From Bacteriovoracia bacterium (GTDB lineage Bacteria > Bdellovibrionota > Bacteriovoracia > Bacteriovoracales > Bacteriovoracaceae), in contig JBKHVI010000035.1 in the NCBI GenBank assembly GCA_046570105.1, forward strand, positions 1-30,492: a stretch of DNA of 30,492 bases, given 5' to 3'. Position numbers and translations under genes: made by a program. The notes below the pieces were generated by a model, which was given only the letters and a program-made list of their open reading frames with translations, was not told the origin of the DNA and did no database searches. Below are positions 1-8,476 of the stretch, in pieces (position 1 is the stretch's first letter; each line of letters opens with the position of its first letter).

Positions 1-207
1 ATCGTTGTGGCGAAGGGCATAGAGCACCACTTGCACCACTTCCTTGGCACCATAGCTCGATGAGGGATGCGGGATACTCGTATCGATATCACCGATAACT
101 TTCGCCGCTTCTTTATTGGCAGTCCCCACGTAAAAGCGCACCAGCAAAAACTGGACGATAAACACGGCCGCAAGTGTAGGCAGGAGAAGTTTTAAGTTCT
201 TTTTCAC
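1..207 (-). CDS. Partial (runs off left edge) N-terminally membrane-anchored protein, DUF4864-like
   Basis: Not in the ORF track; translated by hand from GTG at 207: MKKNLKLLLPTLAAVFIVQFLLVRFYVGTANKEAAKVIGDIDTSIPHPSSSYGAKEVVQVVLYALRHND, open to base 1. Basic N-terminus plus hydrophobic helix; the P-x-P...EVV..VL.ALRHND pattern recalls DUF4864-type proteins (family call from memory). Confidence 0.6.
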   Translation of the reverse strand, partial: MKKNLKLLLPTLAAVFIVQFLLVRFYVGTANKEAAKVIGDIDTSIPHPSSSYGAKEVVQVVLYALRHND

Positions 208-378
208 TTGAATATGATGCCGATTTTCTGACCATAAAACAATCTAGTCTTTACCAAATAGTGCCAGGTTCAACCTCTACAACCCTATGACTCGTGTTTC
301 AACTTAGGACTTTCAGCTAGTTTTGCCACCCTTTGAATCGACCAATGGGTATTACAAGAAGTTATAATAAGAACCATG

Positions 379-411
379 TAGGTTGATTTAAACCTATGTC
401 CAATGTATTGT
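379..411 (+). promoter_or_regulatory. Putative sigma70 promoter overlapped by an inverted-repeat operator for the toxin-antitoxin pair
   Basis: TAGGTT(379-384)-N6-AACCTA(391-396) perfect inverted repeat overlapping TTGATT(383-388)-17 bp-TATTGT(406-411); SD GAGGAG at 415-420. Confidence 0.45.
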
Positions 412-425
412 AATGAGGAGTATGT

Positions 426-716
426 GTGGGACGTGCTGAATTGACCTTCTATGAATGCCAAAAAGTTGAAGAAATTTATCTTTTGGAACTATGTATTTGG
501 CATGTCGATGATAAAAGATACTCACATGGTGCTAAGTACTCGTTGATTTTGGTTAATACTCTCAATGGGGAACGAGTACTGATGGATAATCATTTCCCTA
601 AGGGGGATCATTACCATCTAAATTCAGCAGAGTTTCCTTACGAGTATTCGAATGAAGCGAAGCTGATTGATGACTTTAAAGTATTAGTTCACAAGCATTT
701 AGGGGTTAAGCTATGA
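426..716 (+). CDS. DUF6516 (TumE-type) putative toxin
   Basis: Motifs HGAKYSL...GERVLMDNHFPKGDHYH and YEY...KLIDDF typical of DUF6516; GTG start with GAGGAG SD; ATGA overlap with the downstream HTH gene. Confidence 0.75.
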   Translation: MGRAELTFYECQKVEEIYLLELCIWHVDDKRYSHGAKYSLILVNTLNGERVLMDNHFPKGDHYHLNSAEFPYEYSNEAKLIDDFKVLVHKHLGVKL

Positions 717-1078
717 AAAAACTAATTGTTTCGTTCAAGCCGACGAGTGATGTTCTGAACGATTTTAAGCATGCACTAAAGAAAGCGCATACTGGAAATT
801 TTAAAAAACATTTTGAAGTCTCTTTCGATGATAGAAAGGACTTCAATAAATTTATTAAAAATATCGATGTTTTGATTTGTATTCAAACCATGAAGCCCGA
901 CTCAGTGTATCATCTAGCTAAGCTGATGAAAAAAGACCAATCAAACCTCAATAAAATTCTCAATCTCTTTGAGTCTTATGGTGTGATTCACTTTGATAAG
1001 ACGACACGAGAGAATCGTAGTTTGAATCGGCCGATAGTGGGTTATGACAAAATAGAATTTGATTTAAAGGCTTCATGA
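713..1078 (+). CDS. Winged-HTH DNA-binding protein (HVO_A0114-like), putative antitoxin
   Basis: KPDSVYHLAKLMKKDQSNLNKILNLFESYGVI HTH and C-terminal RPIVGYDKIEFDL; this architecture is the usual DUF6516 partner; 4-bp ATGA overlap. Confidence 0.75.
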   Translation: MKKLIVSFKPTSDVLNDFKHALKKAHTGNFKKHFEVSFDDRKDFNKFIKNIDVLICIQTMKPDSVYHLAKLMKKDQSNLNKILNLFESYGVIHFDKTTRENRSLNRPIVGYDKIEFDLKAS

Positions 1079-1151
1079 TTTCCAAAAAGTAACGGGTAAT
1101 CTCTGGCTCATATTCGGATGTAAGCTGTCCGATTAGTGTGCAGGAGGTGAT

Positions 1152-1346
1152 ATGAAGAAAATTTTTTTATTAAAAAAAAATTCAAATCCGCTGCCAGATG
1201 AACCAACGAAAGAGGTTCATGTTCCGGGAAAGGATTTTTCAGTTGAAATGAGAGCGATGACGCAAAGGCTCACTATACGAGTTTGGGGAATTTTAGTAAT
1301 TACAGATATAATACTCTACATTGCTCTTAGATTATCGGGTTACTAA
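1152..1346 (+). CDS. Small tail-anchored membrane protein (64 aa) with a DUF1640-like C-terminus
   Basis: Strong SD AGGAGG at 1142-1147; single C-terminal hydrophobic helix preceded by EMRAMTQRLTIR. Confidence 0.55.
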   Translation: MKKIFLLKKNSNPLPDEPTKEVHVPGKDFSVEMRAMTQRLTIRVWGILVITDIILYIALRLSGY

Positions 1347-1421
1347 ACTTATAACTGATCTTAAGCGACTCTCGACTGATCGGAGCTAATCTGAAATCAT
1401 AGCTTTATCGAAGGATTAGCT

Positions 1422-2615
1422 ATGTCTCTGACCCATCCCCGCATGAGTACGATCGTCACTGTTGCAGTGATTTTTCTCCTAATTGGAACGTTCACCTCCG
1501 TGACGGTACAAGGAGGCTTTCAGGTTCTCTTCGCCATTCCACTTGCCTTTTATTTCTGGCGCGCCTTAGGTCGTGATTTTCAATTACCGGCCAGCAGCTG
1601 GTGGATGTTGGCCTTTGCCGTGGTGGCACTGATCTCTGTCTTGGCCAACTGGAGTGATATCCCAAAGCCAGGTAAAAACTTAGGCAAAGTGAAATATTTT
1701 ATCTATGCCTCTCTGGGGATCTTTCCTATTGGCGTGTGGCTAAAGCGTGTCAGTGATCGAACCAAATCGCGCTTAGTGATTTTGTTTGCCTTGGTGGTTT
1801 TCGGCTTAGGTCTCTACTGCGCTTATCAAGTGGTCGTCACTGGCCGCTGGAAAGCGAAACCTTTAACTGAAACTATGCGATATAGTTATGGTTCCGCGCT
1901 CGTTCTTATTATTTGGATTAGTCTTATTTTCCAAAGTGAGAAATTTAAAAGCTGGCTAAATCTTAGATGGTCCATTCTTGGAGTCATTGGATTAATTCTA
2001 AGTTCTGTATTTGTACAGGCACGAGGGGCTCAAGGAGCAATCGTTTTGGCGCTTCCTTTTACATTATTTTATTGGAATAAAAAAATTGGGATTGTGGCTA
2101 TTTTATGTGGTTTCTTGGCCATGAGTTTTTTGGGTTACAATTATTTCTTCAGAAGCAGTACTACTTCCACAATCAAAATTCTTAAAACTTCACAAAATAA
2201 TTCAGACCAGATTCGCCGCTCACAGTGGCTTGCCGCGATCAAAGCGATCGAGGAGCGTCCGATTTTAGGTTGGGGACATGGTAATTTTCATACTCAAGTT
2301 GAGCGCATTAAGAATCAGTACGATCTTCCTCGCAAAGAGTACAAAAATAATCACTCTCATAATGTGCTCTTAGAAGTAGCAGCTGGTACGGGGATTATTG
2401 GGATGATTTTGTTTCTTATCGCGTTCTGCACTTGGGTGTGGGAGTGCTGGCGCGCTGGTGGTGTGATCAGAGCTGTCATGATGCCATTTTTTGTTGCAGT
2501 CGCCTTTGAGGCTCAGTTTGAAGTGATTTTGGATGCTAACAACGCCACTTGGATTGGTTTCTTGTATGCTGTCAGTCTCGCTGCTCAAAAGCGTTACCAA
2601 TTAGTTTTTGCTTAA
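1422..2615 (+). CDS. waaL: O-antigen ligase family protein (Wzy_C/WaaL-like)
   Basis: About 12 hydrophobic segments; R..QW.AA...I.ERPILGWG.G and HSHNVLLEVAAGTGIIG motifs; located among LPS genes. Confidence 0.85.
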   Translation: MSLTHPRMSTIVTVAVIFLLIGTFTSVTVQGGFQVLFAIPLAFYFWRALGRDFQLPASSWWMLAFAVVALISVLANWSDIPKPGKNLGKVKYFIYASLGIFPIGVWLKRVSDRTKSRLVILFALVVFGLGLYCAYQVVVTGRWKAKPLTETMRYSYGSALVLIIWISLIFQSEKFKSWLNLRWSILGVIGLILSSVFVQARGAQGAIVLALPFTLFYWNKKIGIVAILCGFLAMSFLGYNYFFRSSTTSTIKILKTSQNNSDQIRRSQWLAAIKAIEERPILGWGHGNFHTQVERIKNQYDLPRKEYKNNHSHNVLLEVAAGTGIIGMILFLIAFCTWVWECWRAGGVIRAVMMPFFVAVAFEAQFEVILDANNATWIGFLYAVSLAAQKRYQLVFA

Positions 2616-2625
2616 AGGTCTCGGG

Positions 2626-2650
2626 TCGGGTGGAAATAATTTCCATCCGA
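2626..2650. promoter_or_regulatory. 12-bp-arm palindrome: candidate sigma54 enhancer (bEBP site) or terminator stem after waaL
   Basis: TCGGGTGGAAAT-A-ATTTCCATCCGA (one mismatch), centred about 80 bp upstream of the -24 element at 2719. Confidence 0.45.
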
Positions 2651-2716
2651 GAAAGAATTTTTTCCTCTGGTACAATTTCCAATCAAATCAATTCCTTCAC
2701 TTAGATTTCATCCTAG

Positions 2717-2733
2717 TTGGCCTCTCTTTTGCT
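2717..2733 (+). promoter_or_regulatory. Putative sigma54 (-24/-12) promoter of the DUF1640 gene
   Basis: TTGGCCTCTCTTTTGCT: GG(2719-2720)-N10-GC(2731-2732), matching TGGC-N7-TTGCW; 40 bp upstream of the ATG with an AGGAG SD. Confidence 0.6.
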
Positions 2734-2773
2734 CTTGTGTGATCGATTAACTTAACCGATCAGGAGAAAAGTC

Positions 2774-3292
2774 ATGCAAACATTGGTGTATACTCAAAGA
2801 CTAGAGAAAGTGGGATTTGCACGAGCACAAGCGGAAGAAGTGGTGCAGACCATGGAGGATGCGATGAATGATAAATTGGCGACAAAAGTTGATCTCACAC
2901 GCGAGACAACTTTTCTAAGACATGAGAACCAAGTTTTTCGCGAAGAAGTGAAAAGCGAGTTTCAACAAGTTCGAGCCGAAGCACAGATCTTCCGTGAGGA
3001 AGTGAAAAGCGAGTTTCAACAAGTTCGAGCCGAAGCGCAGATCTTTCGTGAGGAAGTGAAAGCTGAGTTTAAGCAGGTCAGAGCAGAAGCTCAGATCTTT
3101 CGTGAGGAAGTGAAGGCTGAGTTTAAGGATGTTCGCGCAGAAACTCAGCTATTACGCCAAGAGATGCACAGTGAATTCAAACTCGTTCGTCATGAAATGC
3201 GCTCAATTTCAAATGAGATCATCATTAAGCTCGCCAGCATCATGACGATCTTGATGGGATTCTGGACTGGTGTAATGACCTATCTACGATGA
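2774..3292 (+). CDS. DUF1640/CCDC90-family membrane-anchored coiled-coil protein
   Basis: Head LEKVGFARAQAE, neck motif LATKVDL, repeated coiled-coil stalk and C-terminal IIIKLASIM... transmembrane anchor. Confidence 0.8.
   Translation: MQTLVYTQRLEKVGFARAQAEEVVQTMEDAMNDKLATKVDLTRETTFLRHENQVFREEVKSEFQQVRAEAQIFREEVKSEFQQVRAEAQIFREEVKAEFKQVRAEAQIFREEVKAEFKDVRAETQLLRQEMHSEFKLVRHEMRSISNEIIIKLASIMTILMGFWTGVMTYLR
2930..3199 (+). repeat. In-frame 54-bp tandem repeat (4 clear copies plus 1 degenerate) encoding QIFREEVK(S/A)EF(Q/K)QVRAEA
   Basis: Units start at 2930, 2984, 3038, 3092 and 3146; units 1 and 2 share AAAAGCGAGTTTCAACAAGTTCGAGCCGAAGC exactly. Confidence 0.95.
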
Positions 3293-4057
3293 CGCCAAAA
3301 GCTGCTTGGCCAGATCATCCAGTCGTTGAGAGCGTTTCTTGTGAGGAATAAATTTCTTAAGTCCCATCAGTTCTTGCGTGACGGCCTGTAATACTTTTAA
3401 GCGAGCATAAGGTTTATCATCGCTGGCAATCACGTACCATCCTGGGCACTTCTCAATCATTAGATCGCTGGCTTTAACATAATCATCCCAGCGCTTGCGG
3501 TTGCGTACATCTTCTTCGGTGATTTTCCAGCTTTTAAACGGATCTTCCAGACGGGCTTTAAAACGTGCCATTTGTTCTTTTTTAGAAACAACTAAAACAA
3601 TCTTCACTAAGATGATGCCGTCATCAATGAGCATTTTTTCAAATTGATTGATCTCACGATAAGCATCTTTAACTCTTTTCGCAGTGGCATAGCCCTCGAC
3701 CTTCTCAACCAGAACCCGGCCATACCAGCTGCGATCAAAAACTACTATGTGACCTCTATCCGGGAGCTTCTTCCAGAAGCGCTGTAGATAGTGTTGCCCA
3801 AGTTCTCGCTCGGAGGGCTTACCAATCGGAACAACCGTATGGCTGCGGGGATCGAGTGATTCTGTTAAGTGACGAATGCAGGTGCCTTTGCCGGCAGCAT
3901 CGAAGCCTTCAAATAAAATCACCACGCGCTGACCTGTGGTAAAAGCCGCTTGTTGAAAACGCAGCATTTGCATCTTAAGAGATTCCATCTCGGCCGTTGC
4001 TCGTTTTTCGTCTTTAAGACGAGGGGCTTTTTTCTTAAGTGCTTTAGATACATTCAT
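3284..4057 (-). CDS. ppk2: Polyphosphate kinase 2 family protein (single domain)
   Basis: Walker A FEGFDAAGKG, FDRSWYGRVLVEKVEG and lid WKITEED motifs. Confidence 0.9.
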   Translation of the reverse strand: MNVSKALKKKAPRLKDEKRATAEMESLKMQMLRFQQAAFTTGQRVVILFEGFDAAGKGTCIRHLTESLDPRSHTVVPIGKPSERELGQHYLQRFWKKLPDRGHIVVFDRSWYGRVLVEKVEGYATAKRVKDAYREINQFEKMLIDDGIILVKIVLVVSKKEQMARFKARLEDPFKSWKITEEDVRNRKRWDDYVKASDLMIEKCPGWYVIASDDKPYARLKVLQAVTQELMGLKKFIPHKKRSQRLDDLAKQLLASS

Positions 4058-4965
4058 AATTTGAGCCTTCGTCTAATTTCACTCACCAGATCATCACCTT
4101 GGAGTGTGCGCATGCATTCCACGTTTATCGGACATTCTACGTTTTGATTACACGGACGACAGGGAAGATCTTTTTCGAAAAAACTCACCGAGGCATTTTT
4201 TGGGCCTGATCGTCGCGTGACGTTGGGTCCATAGATGCCAATAGCGGGAGTTTCGAGGGCAGCAGCAATATGCAATAGTCCGCTATCCGCACCAATAAAG
4301 AGCGAGAGACTGGCCAGCAAATCTTTCACTTCACCCAGTGAGCGTTTTTCATAGCGTGGGATATTGTTCGTTTCGCGCAGAATTTCCTGCGCCATCTCAT
4401 TTTCTGTGCCCAAGAGATGAATGATAAAGCCTTGTTCGTGCAAAAAGCTAATCGCCGATTTAAGCAAATGAATCGGAATCACTCGTTTGGCATTATGCGC
4501 ACCGAAATGAATTCCGACAGTCTTCTCTAGTCGCGGCGTTTTCGTTTTTAGTTGAGGTATGCGTGAGGATTCATCGCCCATCAAACGTATAACAGGATAA
4601 TAATCATCGACGATATGATGATTTAGCATCTTAGGCACCATCTTGTGATAAGTTACCCAGTGGCGCAGCTTTTGCCAGAGATCTTTGACTCGACCGACTT
4701 TTTTTCTACCATTAAGCTTTCGCATGAGTTTGCGACTCTTGCTGTCGGAAGTCAGATCAAAGATCCAATCAAATTTCTGCGAAGGGATTTGATCAATGGT
4801 ATAAATATTTTTAAGTCGTGAATCATTATGAAATAAGGGAGGGAGCGCCTTTGGCACCAACAGTGAGACCTCAAAACCCTGCTCGACTAATGAATCCAGC
4901 ACGACTGAACCACAGATGATGTCGCCAATATCGGATATGTGAACAATCAAAGCGGTTTGTTTCAT
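4054..4965 (-). CDS. Glycosyltransferase family 9 (LPS heptosyltransferase-like)
   Basis: SDIGDII N-terminal motif, FIGADSGLLHIAAAL, C-terminal CRPC..C...C. Start moved to ATG 4965 (MKQTALIV), just after the upstream stop. Confidence 0.85.
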   Translation of the reverse strand: MKQTALIVHISDIGDIICGSVVLDSLVEQGFEVSLLVPKALPPLFHNDSRLKNIYTIDQIPSQKFDWIFDLTSDSKSRKLMRKLNGRKKVGRVKDLWQKLRHWVTYHKMVPKMLNHHIVDDYYPVIRLMGDESSRIPQLKTKTPRLEKTVGIHFGAHNAKRVIPIHLLKSAISFLHEQGFIIHLLGTENEMAQEILRETNNIPRYEKRSLGEVKDLLASLSLFIGADSGLLHIAAALETPAIGIYGPNVTRRSGPKNASVSFFEKDLPCRPCNQNVECPINVECMRTLQGDDLVSEIRRRLKL

Positions 4966-4969
4966 AGTT

Positions 4970-5992
4970 TTATCTTTTGATGGCATTCCATACTCGCCAT
5001 TCTAGGCCCGGGCGGTAAAAGCGGTCTACCTTCATAGTTTGTTGAATGACTAAAATTCGCTCAACGATATAAATCAGAAAATGCAGACGCATCGTCACAG
5101 GCTTAATCTCACAGTTAAATTCCTGTGCTTGCCACGTCGTGAAACCTTTAAAGAAATGATGATAGCTGGGCGAAAAGATGCGACCCAACTTTAAGGCCAT
5201 AAAGAGCAATCTCTTTTCAATCGTTAGCTTTTGTAGATGACGAGTATAGCGATCAAAGGCATCAAGCAGCACGAGGCCTTCAATGCGATTTTCCCAGTCA
5301 ATGACCGCTAATCCTTGATGGTCGCACATAATATTATTTTCATTTAAGTCAGCATGAATCATCGATTGAACAAGTTTCATCTGTGGGTCGAACTGGCGAT
5401 CCGCTTGAATAGCTTCGATCAATGTCTGGATTTTTGTTTTGCTTGGATGATTTAAAGAGCGCTCTTGTGCGGACTGTAACCAAGTCTCAAGTGTGATTTT
5501 ACAATGGCCAGCTTGCTGATAAAAAGGAGTCATCAGCGGGTAAATATCTTTTTCTATAACTTGATAAATGGCTGCGGTGGGATTCTCTTCTAATTTAAAA
5601 CTGACTTCATTAGGACAATATGTGCTCAAGAGCCATTGGCCCTGAGTGGAGGTCGTGCCGTGATTTATATAGTGAGATGTTTTGAGTTCAGGATTATTTT
5701 TAAAACCCATTAACGTTTGAGTTTCAACAGCGAGCAATTGATTGAATGTAGGATGAAAAAAAAGTTTCAGAACACGCTGCTCACTTGCCGAGAGTACGAT
5801 GAGTCCGTTTTTCTGTGACCGTAAGTGTACGATGGCATCGGTCGGAAGTGGCAAATTGAGCGAGCGATCGGCCAGCATTACGCTGCGAAGAGGTGCTTCT
5901 TGCCAGAGGCCTTTTAATTCATCGAGACCACCTGCAATAAGGTCGATGGCTTGATCACTCATAGATGGATTCATGATGTCTGATGTTAACAT
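4970..5992 (-). CDS. APH/protein-kinase-fold phosphotransferase (possible LPS/sugar kinase)
   Basis: Brenner-type HADLNENNI and IDWE motifs; directly upstream of GT9. Start uncertain (several in-frame Met). Confidence 0.65.
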   Translation of the reverse strand: MLTSDIMNPSMSDQAIDLIAGGLDELKGLWQEAPLRSVMLADRSLNLPLPTDAIVHLRSQKNGLIVLSASEQRVLKLFFHPTFNQLLAVETQTLMGFKNNPELKTSHYINHGTTSTQGQWLLSTYCPNEVSFKLEENPTAAIYQVIEKDIYPLMTPFYQQAGHCKITLETWLQSAQERSLNHPSKTKIQTLIEAIQADRQFDPQMKLVQSMIHADLNENNIMCDHQGLAVIDWENRIEGLVLLDAFDRYTRHLQKLTIEKRLLFMALKLGRIFSPSYHHFFKGFTTWQAQEFNCEIKPVTMRLHFLIYIVERILVIQQTMKVDRFYRPGLEWRVWNAIKR

Positions 5993-6096
5993 TATGGCGT
6001 CTTAGCGCCTCGCCCTTTTTAATGACCCGGCGAGTCTTTTGGTGACGAATGCGAGCTTGAGGAGTAAAACCATAGGGAAATCTCAAGGAGAGCAGC

Positions 6097-7410
6097 ATGA
6101 AAGTCACCATCATTGGCACCGGTTATGTCGGACTTGTTACCGGAACCTGTTTTGCGGAAATGGGCCACACCGTGACTTGTGTGGATATCGACGCCAAAAA
6201 AGTTGAGCGCATGCGTGCCGGTGAGTGTCCTATCTATGAGCCAGGCCTTGAGGCCTTGATGAAGTCGAACATTGAAGAAAAACGTCTGATGTTTTCCACT
6301 AAATACGAATCTGTCGCCCAGGCACAAACTATTTTTTTGGCGGTGGGAACACCTGCTTCTGATGATGGTCAAGCCGATCTTAAATATCTTTTCAGTGCCT
6401 GTGATGGGATTGCTTCTCATTTGCAAGATGGCAGTGTGGTGGTGGTTAAGTCGACAGTACCAGTGGGCACTGGACACAAAGTAAACGAGTACCTCAAAAC
6501 TAAAACGGCTAAAAAATTCTCAGTGGTGAATAATCCTGAGTTCTTGAAAGAGGGCTCAGCTGTCGAAGATTTTATGAAGCCAGAGCGGATTATTATTGGG
6601 ACGCAAAATGAGAGTGCTGCCGCCGTCGTGGAAGAATTGTACGAACCATTTAATCGTCAGATTAAGCGCACTATCCGTATGTCGAATATCAGTGCAGAAA
6701 TGACGAAGTACGCTGCCAACTGTTTCTTGGCGACAAAGATTTCTTTTATGAACGAAATTGCACGTCTCTGTGATCTTATGGGCGCAGACGTGGAAGAAGT
6801 TCGCCAAGGTATTTCAACTGACTCACGTATTGGTAGTCAGTTTTTGTATCCAGGCCCAGGCTACGGCGGTTCTTGTTTTCCTAAAGATGTAAAGGCCTTG
6901 GTGTTTACTGCGAAAGAGCAAGGAATGAATCTTCAAATTGTCGAAGCCACCGAGCTGGTGAATGCGGAACAGAAAAAATACATGGTCGGTAAAGTACTCA
7001 AGCACTTTAAAGGTGATGTGAAAGGGAAGATCTTTGCTCTTTGGGGTGTCGCTTTCAAAGCAAACACAGATGATATTCGTGAAACTCCTGCGATTGAGAC
7101 GGCCCGCGCCTTGGTTAAGGCCGGTGCTAAAGTGCGCTTCTACGATCCAGAAGCAGCGGAAAATTTTCAATCATATATGAATTCGATCGAAATCCCGGTG
7201 GATGGTTTCGAGAATAAATACGATGCGCTTTCAGGTGCTGACGGAGTGATTGTTCTTACCGAGTGGAAGCAATTCCGCGCTCCAGATTTTGAAGAAATGA
7301 AGTCGCGCTTAAAAGAAAAAGTAATCTTCGATGGTCGCAATCTTTACAACACTCATAAAGTGTTGGAGTTGGGCTTCAAGTACTATGCTGTAGGAAAAAG
7401 AATTCCTTGA
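6097..7410 (+). CDS. ugd: UDP-glucose 6-dehydrogenase
   Basis: GTGYVGL Rossmann motif, KSTVPVG, NPEFLKEG, catalytic GYGGSCFPKD, FKANTDDIRE; AAGGAG SD. Confidence 0.95.
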   Translation: MKVTIIGTGYVGLVTGTCFAEMGHTVTCVDIDAKKVERMRAGECPIYEPGLEALMKSNIEEKRLMFSTKYESVAQAQTIFLAVGTPASDDGQADLKYLFSACDGIASHLQDGSVVVVKSTVPVGTGHKVNEYLKTKTAKKFSVVNNPEFLKEGSAVEDFMKPERIIIGTQNESAAAVVEELYEPFNRQIKRTIRMSNISAEMTKYAANCFLATKISFMNEIARLCDLMGADVEEVRQGISTDSRIGSQFLYPGPGYGGSCFPKDVKALVFTAKEQGMNLQIVEATELVNAEQKKYMVGKVLKHFKGDVKGKIFALWGVAFKANTDDIRETPAIETARALVKAGAKVRFYDPEAAENFQSYMNSIEIPVDGFENKYDALSGADGVIVLTEWKQFRAPDFEEMKSRLKEKVIFDGRNLYNTHKVLELGFKYYAVGKRIP

Positions 7411-8468
7411 TAGATCTCAAGAGTCTTTTCACCAGTTCTTTTATAAGAGAATTCCTGGGCCAGCTTAAGGGCATTTTGGATGAGTTTTTCACGAAGTGTC
7501 CCACGAGCATAAACTAGATTTTCTACATGAGTCGCTAGCATAGTGTGATCTCCGACGGGAGCGAGTAGGCCTGTCTCTGAATGTTTCACGATTTCAGGAA
7601 TTCCACCGGCCGCCGTAGCAATGACGGGTAACCCCACAGCAAAGGCATCTAAGATACTGGTGCCGAGTCCTTCTTCTTTTGAAGTAATGAGAAAGGCATC
7701 AGCGCTGCCTAAAAACTGAGGCAGATCTTTTCTAAATCCTAGAAAATGAACGGTTTTCTCCAGTCCCATCGAGAGGGCCTGGGTCTTAATTTGCTCCTCC
7801 ATTGGGCCTTCGCCACAGATAACAAAATGCAAATCGGGGTGATGGAGTTTAAGTGTCTGAGCCACTTTTAGAAATGTTCCATAATCTTTTTGTGCAGAAA
7901 TCGCAGCCGTTGAAACCACCACGGAAGCATCAAGAGGAAGCTTTGCCAGTGTGCGAATATTTTCTTTAGGAGTGGCAGGAAAGCGATCCATATCAATGCC
8001 GGAATAAACCGTCATCGCAAGGCCCGGATTTTTTAAATCGCGAGAAATGATTTCACGAATCTTATCGGAGACACAAAGAAAGCGAGCGATAGAGGGATGA
8101 TTAAACTTCCAGCGCGAAAAAGAATTATTTTTGACAGGGTAATCAGTGCGCTTGCTGACGATGACGGGAACTTTAGCACCTAGATGTGCTGCGAGTACGC
8201 CAAGCGTATGACTGTGGCCAGAGTGAGTGTGGATGAGATCAATCTTTTGCTCTTTGACAATTTTTTTGATTTGAAGTGCTGTCCACAGATCCCATTCACC
8301 TCGAAAGGGCAGTTCGATTGATTCGGGATGACGACGAACCATCTCTGAGCCACTGCGAGCCGCAATAACATTTTCCACGCCACGAGATTTGAGTACACCC
8401 ATCAAATAAGAAATCTGTTGTTCTCCACCGCGCCAGGTTCTTTCACTTGATAGATGTAATACTCGCAT
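7383..8468 (-). CDS. Glycosyltransferase family 4
   Basis: WRGGEQQ N-terminal motif and EGLGTSILDA...GGIPEIV; 3' end overlaps ugd by 28 bp. Confidence 0.9.
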   Translation of the reverse strand: MRVLHLSSERTWRGGEQQISYLMGVLKSRGVENVIAARSGSEMVRRHPESIELPFRGEWDLWTALQIKKIVKEQKIDLIHTHSGHSHTLGVLAAHLGAKVPVIVSKRTDYPVKNNSFSRWKFNHPSIARFLCVSDKIREIISRDLKNPGLAMTVYSGIDMDRFPATPKENIRTLAKLPLDASVVVSTAAISAQKDYGTFLKVAQTLKLHHPDLHFVICGEGPMEEQIKTQALSMGLEKTVHFLGFRKDLPQFLGSADAFLITSKEEGLGTSILDAFAVGLPVIATAAGGIPEIVKHSETGLLAPVGDHTMLATHVENLVYARGTLREKLIQNALKLAQEFSYKRTGEKTLEIYQGILFPTA

Positions 8469-8476
8469 AACTCTTC

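Noticed and set aside
1108..1135. Sigma28 promoter for the 64-aa ORF (TCAT-N16-TCCGATTA)
   Set aside because: Poor -35 and spacing; the CCGA is equally explained by a TCGGA/TCCGA hairpin.
2930..3199. 54-bp repeats as a CRISPR array
   Set aside because: Units are contiguous with no unique spacers, vary mainly at synonymous positions, lie in frame in a CDS, and no cas genes are present.
7383..7410. Convergent 3' overlaps (ugd/GT4, DUF1640/ppk2, queC/hypothetical) as antisense regulation
   Set aside because: Short 9-28 bp overlaps recur throughout and fit simple genome compaction.
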